Shown here: piece by piece, positions 48,691 to 61,794 of the stretch
Layout of the letters: every line of letters starts with the position of its first letter
How positions within the stretch are numbered: the stretch's first letter is position 1
The notes under the pieces: model-generated
Told to the model about the DNA's origin: nothing
Database searches by the model: none
Seen by the model: only the letters and a program-made list of their open reading frames with translations
Program-made: the position numbers and the translations under genes
Source of the DNA: Macrostomum lignano
Lineage: Eukaryota
Direction of reading: 5' to 3'
DNA: 61,794 bases
Assembly (NCBI GenBank): GCA_002269645.1
Contig: NIVC01000605.1
Span: 1-61,794 of the forward strand

Positions 48691-49739
48691 TGCCCATACA
48701 GTCGGCAAACGCTGGTACCTGTGTTGAGCAAACTATTAGTCATGTGTCGCCCCATAGGCATCTCAACCACGAGTTCCGCATCTGTCCCATGATCTCAATT
48801 AAAAGTGAGAGCCCCAACTGATTCAAATTATGGACAAAAAGTAAAGCGACGCACCGGAGCAAAAATCTGCGATCCAAGCGGATTCACCGAGATTCATTCA
48901 ATTCACGGAATGATTGATTTTAGCTGAAACCCCCAGCCCCACCTGAATCATCATCATCTTGATGCCTCCGACGTGTTGAGCTTCTATAAATTTCTTTCAA
49001 GTTTTTGTTTAGGGATTTTGCCTAACAATCCATTACAGAGAGTGGCTCACTGATTCAGAGTTTAATCCAGAAAAGTGAGGATGCGCATTGAGGATCAGGT
49101 GGCTCACGGAGCGTGTCGCCAGGGTTCTGGCAAACCTGTTCCAGGAATTATCAACCCCTGCCAATCTTTGCCGAGCTGTTCAATCATTGCAAATCTTCTT
49201 TTTTATCTTCGGTGCCGATCGTTCAAAGAAATGGATCGGGCCGGGCTTACAGAGGATTTTTAATACCTTGAGACTGGCCTGCTTTTTAATAGCAATTTTA
49301 ATCCTCTACCTTAAATCGAGCCGAGCCTTAGCTGGGGGAATTATCCATTTTTTTGCAATCCCAACTTGGCTACTGGAGTTTGCAGTGGGGAATCTGATCC
49401 AACTGTCTGCAGCTGTCTGTAATTACTCCACAATTTGTTGCCACAATTTGATGTCGGAGGCTGGCTCTGAGATCCCGTATCCGAGCAAAGGGCCTGCTTG
49501 TGAGGACAGGAAATCACATGCCTATATTTTTGCAGCCGTCTGTTCCGCGACTTTCTCTCTGCTCAAAGGGCTCAAAACACAATCAAGAAAATTTCCTGAA
49601 TCACATCAGAAGCAAAAAAATAAGGCGGCGATAAGGTGACTGTCTTTTGCGCCCCTCATCCTCATTTCCTGAGTTCCCGGGAAAGCAAAAAGATTGCCAT
49701 TGTAGCGAATGGGTATCACATTTGGTCTGATGATTGGAT

Positions 49740-50762
49740 CCATGACTGAATCTATGACTGAATCTGACTGAATCTATGACCGAATCTATGACTGAATCTA
49801 TGACTGAATCTATGACTGAATCTATGACTGAATCCATGACTGAATCTATGACTGAATCTATGACTGAATCTGACTGAATCTATGACCGAATCTATGACTG
49901 AATCCATGACTGAATCTATGACTGAATCTATGACTGAATCTATGACTGAATCTATGACTGAATCTATGACTGAATCTATGACTGAATCTATGACTGAATC
50001 TATGACTGAATCCATGACTGAATCTATGACTGAATCTATGACTGAATCTGACTGAATCTATGACCGAATCTATGACTGAATCCATGACTGAATCTATGAC
50101 TGAATCTGACTGAATCTATGACCGAATCTATGACTGAATCTATGACTGAATCTATGACTGAATCTATGACTGAATCCATGACTGAATCTATGACTGAATC
50201 CATGACTGAATCTATGACTGAATCTATGACTGAATCTATGACTGAATTTATGACTGAATCTATGACTGAATCCATGACTGAATCTATGACTGAATCTATT
50301 ACTGAATCTATGACTGAATCTGACTGAATCTATGACCGAATCTATGACTGAATCTATGACTGAATCTATGACTGAATCTGACTGAATCTATGACCGAATC
50401 TATGACTGAATCCATGACTGAATCTATGACTGAATCTATGACTGAATCTGACTGAATCTATGACCGAATCTATGACTGAATCCATGACTGAATCTATGAC
50501 TGAATCTATGACCGAATCTATGACTGAATCCATGACTGAATCCATGACTGAATCTATGACTGAATCTATGACTGAATCTATGACCGAATCTATGACTGAA
50601 TCTATGACTGAATCTATGACTGAATCTATGACTGAATCTATGACTGAATCTATGACTGAATCCATGACTGAATCTATGACTGAATCCATGACTGAATCTA
50701 TGACTGAATCCATGACTGAATCTATGACTGAATCTATGACTAAATCTATGACTAAATCTATG
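49740..50762. repeat. 12-bp minisatellite (tgactgaatcta)
   Basis: About 85 copies. Confidence 0.95.
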
Positions 50763-50911
50763 AATGAGTCCATTACCAGATATATGATCGGATCTGTATG
50801 AATAGATCTAATGACCGGATCTAAGATTTAACCGATGAATTTATGATTTATTCTATAGGATTGGAACTATGGCGTGTTTATTTAGATTAGTTGCTTCAAC
50901 TATTCTTGTTA

Positions 50912-51450
50912 TGTGATTAGATATGTGATTAGATATGTGATTAGATATGTGATTAGATATATGAATAGATATGTGATTAGATATGTGATTAGATATGTGA
51001 TTAGATATATGATTAGATATATGATTAGATATGTGATTAGATATGTGATTAGATATATGAATAGATGTGTGATTAGATATGTGATTAGATATGCGATTAG
51101 ATATGTGATTAGGTATGTGATTAGATATGTGATTAGATATATGAATAGATGTGTGATTAGATATGTGATTAGATATATGAATAGATGTGTGATTAGATAT
51201 GTGATTAGATATGTGATTAGATATGTGATTAGATGTGTGATTAGATATATGATTAGATATGTGATTAGATATATGAATAGATGTGTGATTAGATATGTGA
51301 TTAGATATGTGATTAGATATGTGATTAGATATGTGATTAGATATGTGATTAGATATGTGATTAGATATGTGATTAGATATGTGATTAGATATGTGATTAG
51401 ATGGGTGATTAGATATGTGATTAGATATGTGATTTAGATGGGTGATTAGA
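50912..51450. repeat. 12-bp minisatellite (gattagatatgt)
   Basis: About 44 copies. Confidence 0.95.
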
Positions 51451-53717
51451 TGGCCCCAGCCGGAGCAGCAGGTTCAAGCGCTGCCTTGCGTGGGTGCCAG
51501 TGTGTATTTTCTGTCATTCTGAGCAGAAATGTTTAACTTCCACAGTGCCGCCAGGCTCTCTGGTTAAATACTGAAGCGTATACAAGAACAAACAGCTTTC
51601 ATAAGCACCCAAAGCCCAAGTCTCAATAGCACTCAGCATTTAACTCATCTGTCACGAGGCCAGAAACTTGGCAATTCTGTTTGCTTAACATTGGTTCCGC
51701 CGAAATAAATTCTTTAAAAGAGAGCGGAGAGAGGGGGGCTGGTACCACTTTTTGGAAATAATTTCTGTCTGGTGCTGTTGAGCCGCAGTTTAAAAGGCGA
51801 GGGGGTTGAAAATCAGCAAGCGAAAGCAAGATTTGTTTGAGCCGGGTGGGGAGGGGGTGAGCAGTGGATATCGCAGCTCCGCCAGCTTCGTTTTGATTCC
51901 TCATATTTGCACGTTGGTTTCGGCCAAATGGAAACATGCTTTGCTATCAATATTTGATCGCCAAGTGGCTTTTGACAGGTGTAGACTGGACTGGAAAGGA
52001 GAGAGAGAGCTGAAGATAGAATTGAGTAGAAATAGAGACACGAAGAGCTGGCCTGATGGGGCGACTCGTCCTCGAGTAAACAGTCCCGCATCTCCATGCC
52101 GCACTATCATAGGCAAATGTAAAGATCGATGATCTGAGATATCTCAAAGTTTTTTATTATTCTATCAAATCTGCAAAATTGGCATTTATGAAAGTTTCAA
52201 TGCTGTCATTCATGAATTGATACTCGGGGTCTCAAAGCAGACGCAGAGGCAGAGCTCAGATCTTATCTCGCAATGATCAAATAACTCATGTTCGACTTGA
52301 AAAAAACAAGACCTGTGCATCTCTGTGTAACATGCAAGCAGAAGGCTCGATGTTGGGGCATCGAGATTCTGACATTTTATTCTATTATTTATATTATATT
52401 TTCAAAGCTTTTACAGCCTGTATGAAGTTGTCTCTCCCCGAAGGACAAGGGTGGAAAAAGCAGAAAAAAGCCAGATTGACAAGTGCCGCAAAGAAGCACG
52501 CAAGAGACCCGGCCCCCCAAAACCAAGAAACCCTGAAGTCTCCGGCGTCTCCGGAAAGGGGGCGACGCCCCGCTCCGATCTTAAATAGAATTTTCGACCC
52601 ACTTCAGTTACTTGAGCTTATGGTCCCCCCAAGCTCATAAATCCCTCACGGCCTGAGCTGTCTTGCCGGGTTTACAAACTAAAATAAAGCTTCCAAGCAC
52701 ATCTGTTCCAGTCTCTTCACTCCTTGTGCAAATCAGAAAAAATGGGAAAAGAAGGAATTTAGACTGTCGGCCTTTCCGATAGCCTCTTCGCACGGAATGT
52801 CTTCGAGGTGGGAAGAAAGAAGCAGGGAACTGAAAAGAAGCACAAGCATGCTCAAAGATTAGCGGGTTCGCAGGACCCCCCTCTCGCAATGATTTTAACA
52901 TCTAGCATTGCTTTGATGAATTAAATCGGCGATGGGGGCAAACAGATTAACAAATGGCCTTTCAAAGATTTATTTGCGAATGCTGTGAGTCTTCTTGTTA
53001 ATCAGTTGAATTTCTTTTTACAAAAGAAGTTGGCAAACTCAGTTGAGTAAGTTAAGACAGCAAAAACAACAGAATGGTTGGTAAGGGGATTATTTTCTGA
53101 GCGTGACTGAGCCCAGGAGAGGCCAGTGGGGAACGGAGATCCCTGGGAACTCTGCACCTGGGACGGAGAGCCTGGCCTGCTCAGCACAGATGAAATGAAA
53201 GAGAATCGGGTCACACCAGTCAGTGTAGTTGTTGGATTTGGTGCAAGTTGAGCCAATTGCGAGTCGAGCAATCAAAGCGATGAATTCTTTGCTTTCCTGT
53301 TCGCTTTCACCTCTTTCTCCGTCTCTTCTTCTGCCCTCGTCTCAATCCTAATTCTCAGCCGCCTCTTGCTTTTTTCTGTTCATCTTTACTTTAGCACTTG
53401 ATGCAACTGGGGCTTTATAGCCTCATAACCCATTGGAAATGTGCGTCGGGATCACTGTGCACTTATGCCTGAGAGAAGGGCATAAGGGTGTACACAGGGC
53501 AGGGGGAATTACTATTTAAAACATTTTAAACATCTAGTCCAGTCACGTGATCTGCTTACTAGAATGAGTCACACTGATGTACTTTCGCTTCCCAGCCCCT
53601 ATCTTGTCTCTGATTGGCTGGCGACCAGGGGGACCCGGCTTGGGGTGTTAGAAAGCTGATCTATTTTTAGAACAGGCCTCACGCGCCACCCTCAAACCCA
53701 ACCGTTTATAATTGCAG

Positions 53718-53917
53718 CGCCCGCCCGGGCCGGCCGCCGAAGCGTTCCATGACCATGTCGCCGGATTTCCCGCCCATGCTGAGCGGCGGCGGTGGCGGCG
53801 GTGGCGGTGGCGGCGGCGAGGTGCTGAAGCGAACTCGCTTTGACAATCCGGCCGCTGCGGCTGCGGCTGCTGCTGCTGCTGCGGCTGCGTCTTTGAAGTT
53901 TCCGCCCAACTCAACAA
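53718..53917 (+). CDS. DACH: Dachshund, exon 2
   Basis: ttgcag|(S)ARPGRPPKRS is the conserved motif after the DACHbox-N intron. Donor A|gtgagc is phase 1. Confidence 0.9.
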
Positions 53918-55164
53918 GTGAGCTAGCTATAGGCAACTGCATAGACCTATTCGCGTCTCGCATGATACCATGTCGGATTCAAAATGTTTTGCAATGCTTG
54001 ACTCACTCTGGAGGAATAAATATTTCAGCCTCAGAAAGTCGATAGCAGAGGGTCATTCAGATGCAGCGAAGTTTCGCACGGGAGTTTCACCAAACCAAGC
54101 CCCGGCAATCGGGAAATCCAGTCGATGCATGTCAAATGCAAATAAAATTTGAAATTCTGCCACTCTCCCGCTCAGCCTCTCGCTTTCTCTCGGCTCACCT
54201 CTCTCTTACTCGAGTGTTTTTCTGCCCAGCCTCCGCAGGATTTCATTATATATGTATGTATATATATATTTCCCAGACCGCTCGGCAAGTTGAGTATTTG
54301 GAGACTACCGATCAATTCCCTCTTCTCGCTTTCTCTCTCTGGGATTGAACTGCTGTTGGACCAGGGTGCTGCTGCTGGTCAGCTCAACACAATGGGGCTC
54401 AGCAAACAGTCTGGAAGCTGAAGCCTGGGAGAATCCACTCCGCGCGCACAAAAGCCATTTCTTATTTCTTTGAACTGGCCTTTGTATTTCTGAGACTCAG
54501 CAGCTCCCGTGCCACTTGATTTCACTGCCCGCTTTCACCCGCCTATTCTGAAAAGCTGAATTTAAAACGCCGAGTTAATGAGGGAGTGAGGCGGCCGGGC
54601 CGTAGCTGGGCTTGATGAAATGGCTATTCTTATACTTGAATGCCACTCCCTCCTGCCATTTCCGTGTTTTAACCCGTGCAGCATCAAACTCTTCTCCATC
54701 AAGCTGCTGCCCACCACCACCTGTGAAGGTGAAAAAACACAAATAACTTTCTTTGCATCGTTCAACTCTCTCTCTCGCTCTCTCTCTCACTCTTAATTTA
54801 CTTCTTTCGCGGAGTGACTGACTGGGCCTGAAATTTCTTGAGTTGAAGAGAAACTGTGACAGCTACAGGAGAACAATTTTTCAGCTCCACTCCCCTAATT
54901 GGGAGCACGGGGTTGGGACATATTGTAAAAAATGCCTGCATTGCACAGGACAAACTTCTTTAATTTTTGTCTCATTACAGACTGACAATTCCACTAAGGG
55001 GGGACTCATGACTTCCTTTTGTTGAAAGATTTCTCCAAGCAGCAAGTCTACTGAGGCAAATTAAAACACTGAATACCCGATGAGGCAGTGCGAAGGGCCC
55101 GCAGCTGCGTTGAGGACCGCAATTTCACAAACTGGAGTGCTTGAAACCTTTAGGCGATGCCTCT

Positions 55165-55715
55165 CAAGAGGTGGGTCAGGACTGACCCAAGATGTGGGTC
55201 AGGACTGTCTCAAGATGTGGGTCAGGACTGTCTCAAGATGTGGGTCAGGATTGACTCAAGAGGTGGGTCAGGATTGACCCAAGATGTGGGTCAGGATTGA
55301 CTCAAGATGTGGGTCAGGACTGACCCAAGATGTGGGTCAACACTGTCTCAAGATGTGGGTCAGGATTCACTGAAGATGAGGGTCAACACTGTCTCAAGAT
55401 GTGGGTCAGGATTCGCTGAAGATGAGGGTCAGTATCCTGACTAAAAAGACGTGGATCAGGACTGACTGAAGATGTGGGTCAGGATTGACTCAAGAGGTGG
55501 GTCAGGATTGACTGAAGATGTGGGTCAGGATTGACTCAAGAGGTGGGTCAGGATTGACTCAAGAGGTGGGTCAGGATTGACTCAAGAGGTGGGTCAGGAT
55601 TGACTCAAGAGGTGGGTCAGGATTGACTCAAGATGTGGGTCAGGATTGACTCAAGAGGTGGGTCAGGATTGACTCAAGAGGTGGGTCTGGATTGACTCAA
55701 GAGGTGGGTCTGGAC
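55165..55715. repeat. 23-bp minisatellite (gtgggtcaggattgactcaagag)
   Basis: About 22 copies. Confidence 0.9.
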
Positions 55716-55773
55716 TGACGCAAGAGTGCCACACGAATGGGAACTGACAGCTAATTCCATTTTCCCACCGCAG

Positions 55774-56221
55774 TGAGCGCCCTGGACAAGAAGCTCTTCC
55801 CGCCGCCTCCGGTGGGCTTTAGTGCCGCCGGGCCAGGGGGATATTATCCCGCCTACCCGCCGCACCTCAGCATGTTCCCAGCTCTGTTCTCACCGTTCGC
55901 TCATCATCATCACCACGGCCCGCCCGCGCCGCACCCGCCGCCGCCTCCGCCACCTCCGCCGCCGCCGCCTCCGCCGCCGCCTCCGCCATCAGCGCCGCCA
56001 CGTCAGGAGAGCGCCGCCGCAGCCGCTGCCGCCAGCCACCTGGCCGGCGCCCTGGCCTGCCTGTTCGCGCCGTCGGCCACCTCGTCTGCAGCGAATTCGG
56101 CGAGTCTGGCGAGCATGGCGGTCACCTCGGCGGCGGCCGCGGCTGCCGAACTGCCGCCAATCGGGCTGAGCGGGGCGGTGCCGCGGCTTCGGCAAACTGA
56201 GCACTCGGAGGAAGCCTTCGA
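55774..56221 (+). CDS. DACH: Dachshund, exon 3 (H/P/A-rich)
   Basis: ccgcag| is phase 1, compatible with exon 2. GC-rich ORF; donor GA|gtgagt is phase 2. Confidence 0.75.
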
Positions 56222-56234
56222 GTGAGTGGCGACG

Positions 56235-56725
56235 AGATTTGACCCTCCTAGATTTGACCCCTCCTAGATTTGACCCCTCCTAGATTTGACCCCTCCTAGA
56301 TTTGACCCCTCCTAGATTTGACTCCTCCTATATTTGACCCCTCCTAGATTTGACCCCCCTAGATTTGACCCCTCCTAGATTTGACCCCCCTAGATTTGAA
56401 TCCTTCTAGATTTGACCCCTCCTAGATTTGACCCCCCTAGATTTGACCCCCCTAGATTTGACCCCTCCTAGATTTGACTCCTCCTAGATTTGACTCCTCC
56501 TAGATTTGACCCCTCCTAGATTTGACCCCTCCTAGATTTGACACTTCCTATATTTGACCCCTCCTAGATTTGAGCCCCCTAGATTTGACTCCTCCTAGAT
56601 TTGACCCCTCCTAGATTTGACTCCTTCTAGATTTGACCCCTCCTAGATTTGACCCCCCTAGATTTGACTCCCCCTAGATTTGACTCCTCCTAGATTTGAC
56701 CCCCCCCTCATAAATTTGACCCCCT
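56235..56725. repeat. 16-bp minisatellite (agatttgacccctcct)
   Basis: About 30 copies starting about 13 bp after the donor. Confidence 0.92.
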
Positions 56726-57067
56726 CCTCCTGAGGGGGAATTGCCCCCCCCGAGGATTGTCCCTCAGAGAGAATCAATTAGCAAGCTGGCTGAGTTCCCA
56801 CAATTGGGATTGCTGAGCCCTCCAGCTCACCCCAGCCGAGATAAATTTCAGTGAACTTTCTCAAATCTCCAGTAGAAGCGTAGCGGAAAAATATTTGATA
56901 AAGCCGGCTCTAGAAAGACGGGGGGAATTTAATCCCCGCCTTTTTGGGCACCCGGAATTTTTGGGAATCTTATTTTGAATGGGGATCTCGCGATGCAAGT
57001 CTCAATGTTTGCATTGTTTCAGAAGGCTTGGCACTCTCTCTCTCTCTTCCCCCCTCTGCTCCCGCAG

Positions 57068-57111
57068 GTCCGAGCGCTGCTCACCGGACGGCGGGCCAAC
57101 GGAGGACAACT
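57068..57111 (+). CDS. DACH: Dachshund, exon 4 (44 nt, SERCSPDGGPTEDN)
   Basis: ctcccgcag| phase 2 in; T|gtgagt phase 1 out, compatible with the acceptor at 59157. Confidence 0.6.
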
Positions 57112-57656
57112 GTGAGTCCTCGGCGGTGCCAGCCGCCCTGACAACTTCTGTCCCGACTCGCTACCCCTCCTCTCTTCTAGTGTTTGGAGTGGGTCCACCG
57201 GATCAACACAGGAATGCTTGGATGAGGTGTCTGGCCAGGCCTTGGAGGCCAGACCGAGAGTCTGGAGTCACAGTTGGGGGGAAAGAGTTACGACTCCAGG
57301 CTCTTGGCTCTGGGCCTCCTTGGCCAGATCAACAAAAGATTGTGTGAATGTGTTTGGTGGATGGGGGTGGCGGCTGAGCACTGAGCATGAGCTCAAGGCG
57401 CGGGCCCCTCGTTGCCACTCATTTCCGCCAGTTCCGCCTCTCCTGCCCCTCACCCTCTCTCCCTCTCCCGCTACTCCTCTAGTCACGGATTCAAACTGCG
57501 ATTTTCTTTTGTGAATGAAGTTTTATTTTCTGTTTCTCAATTGCTCAACTGAGTCTCCTCAGCCCCCGGAGTCGCATTGTCGATTCAGAGGTGAAGCTGG
57601 AGGGGAAGTCGGGGGTCCTGCATCCGGGACCCGTTTGGAGTGTGTTTGCCCGCCAG

Positions 57657-57846
57657 CTCACCATCACCGCACCCTCGTCTCCCCCCGCTAAATGCGTTTG
57701 ATTCAGCCACAACCTCCGCGACCGCGCCACCCCCCGCCACTCTTCTTCATCAGCAGGCGAAGGCCGTCGGGACCCAGCAGAGCATGAGCAGCTCGATGAG
57801 GCCGAGCCAGCAGCCGGGGAAGACGGACTCGAGAAGTGTTCGCTCG
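57657..57846 (+). CDS. DACH: Possible optional dachshund exon (with a 28-nt micro-exon at 57563-57590)
   Basis: Phases chain correctly 57111 > 57563-57590 > 57657-57846 > alternative acceptor 59169. No homology support. Confidence 0.3.
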
Positions 57847-58917
57847 GTGAGACAGAAAAGCATCGCAATGCCCCCCCCCCGCCTGAGATGCAGCTTCCTC
57901 AATCCACTCCAGATTTGAAAACATTTGAGCAAACTATAATGCTTTGAGTGACTTATTCAATAGCTGGGCTCCCCAGCAGCCCCCGGGGATCTGCTCAGAG
58001 CAAGGCGGATTTCAAGAGATTTGCCTCACGCAGGCCAAATCAAAACTTCTCCTCTTCTCCAATGAGAACTGCTGTTCTTTTCATTTCTTTTCCTCCCGTT
58101 CTCCCCGCGCCCCTCCTTGAAGCCGGAAGTGCATTTGATGTTCCGATTCTAAAAAATAGAAGAAGCAATTCTGTGCAACCCCGAAACTGCTCAGTGCTGC
58201 TCAATATTCCCCCCCTCTCCAAGTCCAGTCAGGCAGGCAGCTTCCCACTGATTCCCCGATCCTCAAATCATTTCTGAGCAACTTCTTCTGCTCCGTGTCT
58301 TTCCAAGTTTTTTTCTTTCAGGAGCTCTTTCCTGATTTCCTGATTTTTGTGGCTGCCCTTATCTGGTGCGGCAGACATTGTGCTTGATTGGCTTTTTATT
58401 GCAACTCCCCAGCCTGTCTTGTCTATCTGGGATCGCGTCCGGTTTCTGAGCTGGCTTGTAGATAACGGACAGGCGCGGAATAATGCTTTATTATTAATAT
58501 CGATACATATCGGCATAGTCTGCTGAGAAGTGAAATTGAATTTGCCTAGATAATATTTAATCGATTTTAAAAATGGTTCTAAGAAACTATTTCTAAGACA
58601 ATTTCTAGGAAAACATATTCTAAGGGCTCAAGTTTAAAATCGAACGTCGCTTTCTAAGAAACAGCAACAATTTCCAGGAAAAAATCTTCAACCACAGAAA
58701 AAGGAACCTTTCCAAGAAATGAAGGGCATTTTAACAAATACAGCACCACCAAGGCTGAACGTTCAAAGTCTCCAAGGTCGCTTAAATTTTCAAGCTACTT
58801 TCTGAGAAATAGTGATGCTCAATATTGGATGGGATTTTCTAAGAAAGAAAATATAGGCGCCATTCTACTTGATCCAATGTGCGATTTGCTTAGAAAGAAA
58901 TTCAGTTTTGTCTGAAT

Positions 58918-59140
58918 AAAAGTGCCATTATCCAGACAAGAAGTGCCATTATCCCGACAAGAAGTGCCATTATCCTGACAAGAAGTGCCATTATCCCGAC
59001 AAGAAGTGCCATTATCCTGACAAGAAGTGCCATTATCTTGACAAGAAGTGCCATTATCTTGACAAGAAGTGCCATTATCTTGACAAGAAGTGCCATTATT
59101 CTGACAAAAAGTGCCATTATCCTGACAAGAAGTGCCATTG
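58918..59140. repeat. 21-bp minisatellite (gccattatcctgacaagaagt)
   Basis: About 10 copies ending about 17 bp before the acceptor. Confidence 0.92.
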
Positions 59141-59157
59141 CCCCCTAACACCCGCAG

Positions 59158-59453
59158 TCCGCCGCCAGAGCACGTTCCTCGGCATCGAGCAGCAGGACGC
59201 TGACAATCTCGAGGACGACAACGAGGCCTCTCGCGACGACAACGCCGTCGAGGACGTCGCGAAGAAGCTTCGGCTGCGTCTTCGGCGGCCGCGGTTACTG
59301 CCGCCGCTGCCGCCGCTGCCGCCGACGCTGGCCGAGGAGGCGCCGAGCCATGGCTGCACGGCCTGCAGCTGTGCCTGGCCAACATCGAGGCCATGCTGGC
59401 GGCCACCGCCGACAAGGCTCGGGCTCTGGACCGGCACTACAGGGATGAGAAAG
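59158..59453 (+). CDS. DACH: Dachshund exon with the start of DACHbox-C (apparent 1-bp frameshift near 59261)
   Basis: ctaacacccgcag| acceptor. LQLCLANIEAMLAATADKARALDRHYRDEK|gtgagt aligns with DACHbox-C LLTNIQGLLKVAIDNARAQEKQVQLEK. Further exons lie beyond the window. Confidence 0.8.
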
Positions 59454-59484
59454 GTGAGTAGAGGAGCGGGGGGCTCGTGAATTC

Positions 59485-59840
59485 TTGGTGGGAGAATTCT
59501 AAATATGATACATCTAAATCAGATAATTTTAGATAGGAGAATTCTAGATGGGAGAATTCTAGATGGGAGAATTCTAAATGGGAGAATTTTATGGGAGAAT
59601 CCTAGATGGGAGAATCCTAGATGGGAGAATCCTAGATGAGAGAGTTCTAGATAGGAGAATTCTAAATGGGATAAATCTACATGAGATAATTTTAGATGGG
59701 ATAGTTCTAGATGGGAGAATTCTAGATGGGAGAATTCTAGATGGGAGAGTTCTAGATGGGAGAATTCTAGATGGGAGAATTCTAGATGGGGGAATTCTAG
59801 ATGGGGAATTCTAAATGGAAGAATTCTAAATGGGAGAATT
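59485..59840. repeat. 15-bp minisatellite (gggagaattctagat)
   Basis: About 23 diverged copies. Confidence 0.9.
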
Positions 59841-61004
59841 CAGGGAAGCGAGAAAATGTCTGGGGAGAAACTCCAAAGGGAGAGCAGGCGTTAATACATC
59901 TATCAAAGGCAAGATAGTGATGGCTGATTCAGCCCTAATTAAAACTTCTCTCATGTTCTCGGGGTCGCCCGGAGACTCCAGAGAAGGAAGACAGACAGAA
60001 ATGCTATTATAGAAGTCAAAGCAGACCGGAGCAAAATGAGAAGTGACAATCATTTCCCGCTGCGTAGCGGAGCATTAGCCCAGGCAAAAGAAAAGAAACA
60101 GCTAAAAGGATGTGACCAGCTATTATTATTCGGCAAGGCGGCTCCGAGGCGTGAGATGTGATTTGGCAAAATGCCGCACAAGGATCCCCCAAAATCTCAG
60201 GAGCCTGGCAGAGCAAAATGTCTTGCCAAAACGAATCTGGGAGCGGAGGCGCTGACGCGGGATGCGATGGGAGAGGCTGGGGGAGAATCTGAAAAATGGC
60301 GGTCTCCAAGGCTGAAAGACAGCAGCAGCGATGTGATTAATGATTCCCAGCCGGCCACCTAGATCTGCCGCGAGCCAAATTCAACAACAACAGCAGCAGC
60401 ACCCAGATGTGGAAATGAGCCGGGGAGCTGGCAGATTCCGCAACTTGGCACCCCCGTGAGTCGATGCCCCCCTCCCAGCAGTAATGAGATAAGCAGATGA
60501 TGGGCCCGGGACTCACTTGGGCACCGGGCATTGATTTCTCTGCTGTCCGCTCCGCTGCCTGCCTTCCTGCGGCCGCCGGGGCGGAGATGAATATGTAATA
60601 AACATGATTTCGACGTTCCAGCATTAAAGTCGAAAGCTTTGCTCTGTGCGGTGGGGTCCCAGCGATTAACGCAGGGAGAAGTCAGCCATGGGGAGTGATT
60701 GAATTATGATCAGTGAGCGGCGACTGTGTCGGGCCCGTCATCTCCAGCTTCACTGGCCCCATCTCTATTGCTCTCATATTGATTGTCCCTCAGGCGACAA
60801 GGCGGTCTGTAAGGCACAAATTTCTCGGCACAGATTCGGTTTTTGGGCGGAGCAGCTTCTTCAAGATAATTGGAACATTTTCAACCGACTTGATCAGAAC
60901 TTATGGGATTTCTGGTCCGGCTCTGGGACTCTGGTGGTCATCTTATTGCTTATTTATGAGGCGAATTGTTTTCCAAAGTTGGTTAGCGAAATTGGCTGCA
61001 AGAG

Positions 61005-61500
61005 GAGAGATGGGAGGGAGAGGAGAGATGTGAGGGAAGAGGAGAGATGTGAGGGAAGAGGAGAGATGTGAGGGAAGAGGAGAGATGTGAGGGAAGAGGA
61101 GAGATGTGAGGGAAGAGGAGAGTTGGGATGAAAGGGGAGAGATGAGAGATGAGAGAGAAGATGAGAGATGGGAGGAAGAGGAGAGATGTGAGGGAAGAGA
61201 GAGATGTGAGGGAAGAGGAGAGATGTGAGGGAAGAGGAGAGATGTGAGGGAAGAGGAGAGATGTGAGGGAAGAGGAGAGATGTGAGGGAAGAGAGAGATG
61301 TGAGGGAAGAGGAGAGATGTGAGGGAAGAGGAGAGATGTGAGGAGAGGAGAGTTGAGGAAAGGGGAGAGATGAGAGATGAGAGAGAGATGAGAGATGGGA
61401 GGGAAGAGGAGAGATGGGGGGAAGGGAGAGATGAGAGAGAAGAGGAGAGGGGAGGGAAGAGGAGAGATGTGAGGGAAGAGGAGAGATGGAGGGAGGGAAA
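61005..61500. repeat. 19-bp purine-rich minisatellite (gagagatgtgagggaagag)
   Basis: Visible tandem units. Confidence 0.9.
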
Positions 61501-61794
61501 GGGGAGAAATGAGAAAGGAATGGGGGGAGATGGGGGAAGGGGAGAGAAGAAGAGTCTGAGGTCAATCCAGCAGTTCCAAAAAGCAAAACAAAGCAAGCTC
61601 ACTAAGAAAGCAGCGGCGGCCCAGTTTAAAAATGCAATTCTTCATACTGCCCAGCCAGTCAGACACGTCAATTCACAATTTCTGTTATCTACAAATGAAA
61701 GTCAGGCATTCAGAGGGGCGGAGAGAAAGATGGAGCTAAGCCAAAGAATCTGGGCTATCAAAAAATTAAGATAACAAAAATAAAGTGGGGAGAC

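Noticed and set aside
49088-49639. 183-aa ORF in dachshund intron 1
   Set aside because: No domain, no codon bias like the real exons, and no usable splice sites.

Overview
Eukaryotic (metazoan) genomic DNA. GC-rich exons carry poly-Q/A/G/P runs and the introns are swollen with tandem repeats. This style resembles the flatworm Macrostomum, but that is an inference, not a database match. Genes from left to right: the 5' end of a Ty3/Gypsy LTR retrotransposon (minus; LTR, PBS, frameshifted gag-protease); a Merlin/IS1595-type transposase relic; TMEM258/OST5 (+); a 3-exon CP110-like gene (+); an intronless RING-HC gene (-); a 7-exon AP-2 transcription factor (-); a small orphan ORF (-); a complete 4-exon BiP/HSPA5 (+, ends KDEL) with an HSE+ERSE+UPRE promoter cassette; and a dachshund gene (+) that runs out of the window. 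More than 30 tandem arrays explain nearly all long ORFs in the supplied track. Best leads: a duplicated minimal hammerhead-ribozyme-like motif (44621-44652, 45204-45235); two inverted copies of a tRNA-derived SINE flanking BiP; a telomere-like insert bounded by 8-bp direct repeats; and the pattern of nearly every large intron carrying its own minisatellite next to a splice site. AP-2 and dachshund each need one extra base to stay in frame, most likely assembly indels. Exon boundaries were read by hand from GT-AG sites and phase; repeat boundaries are approximate.
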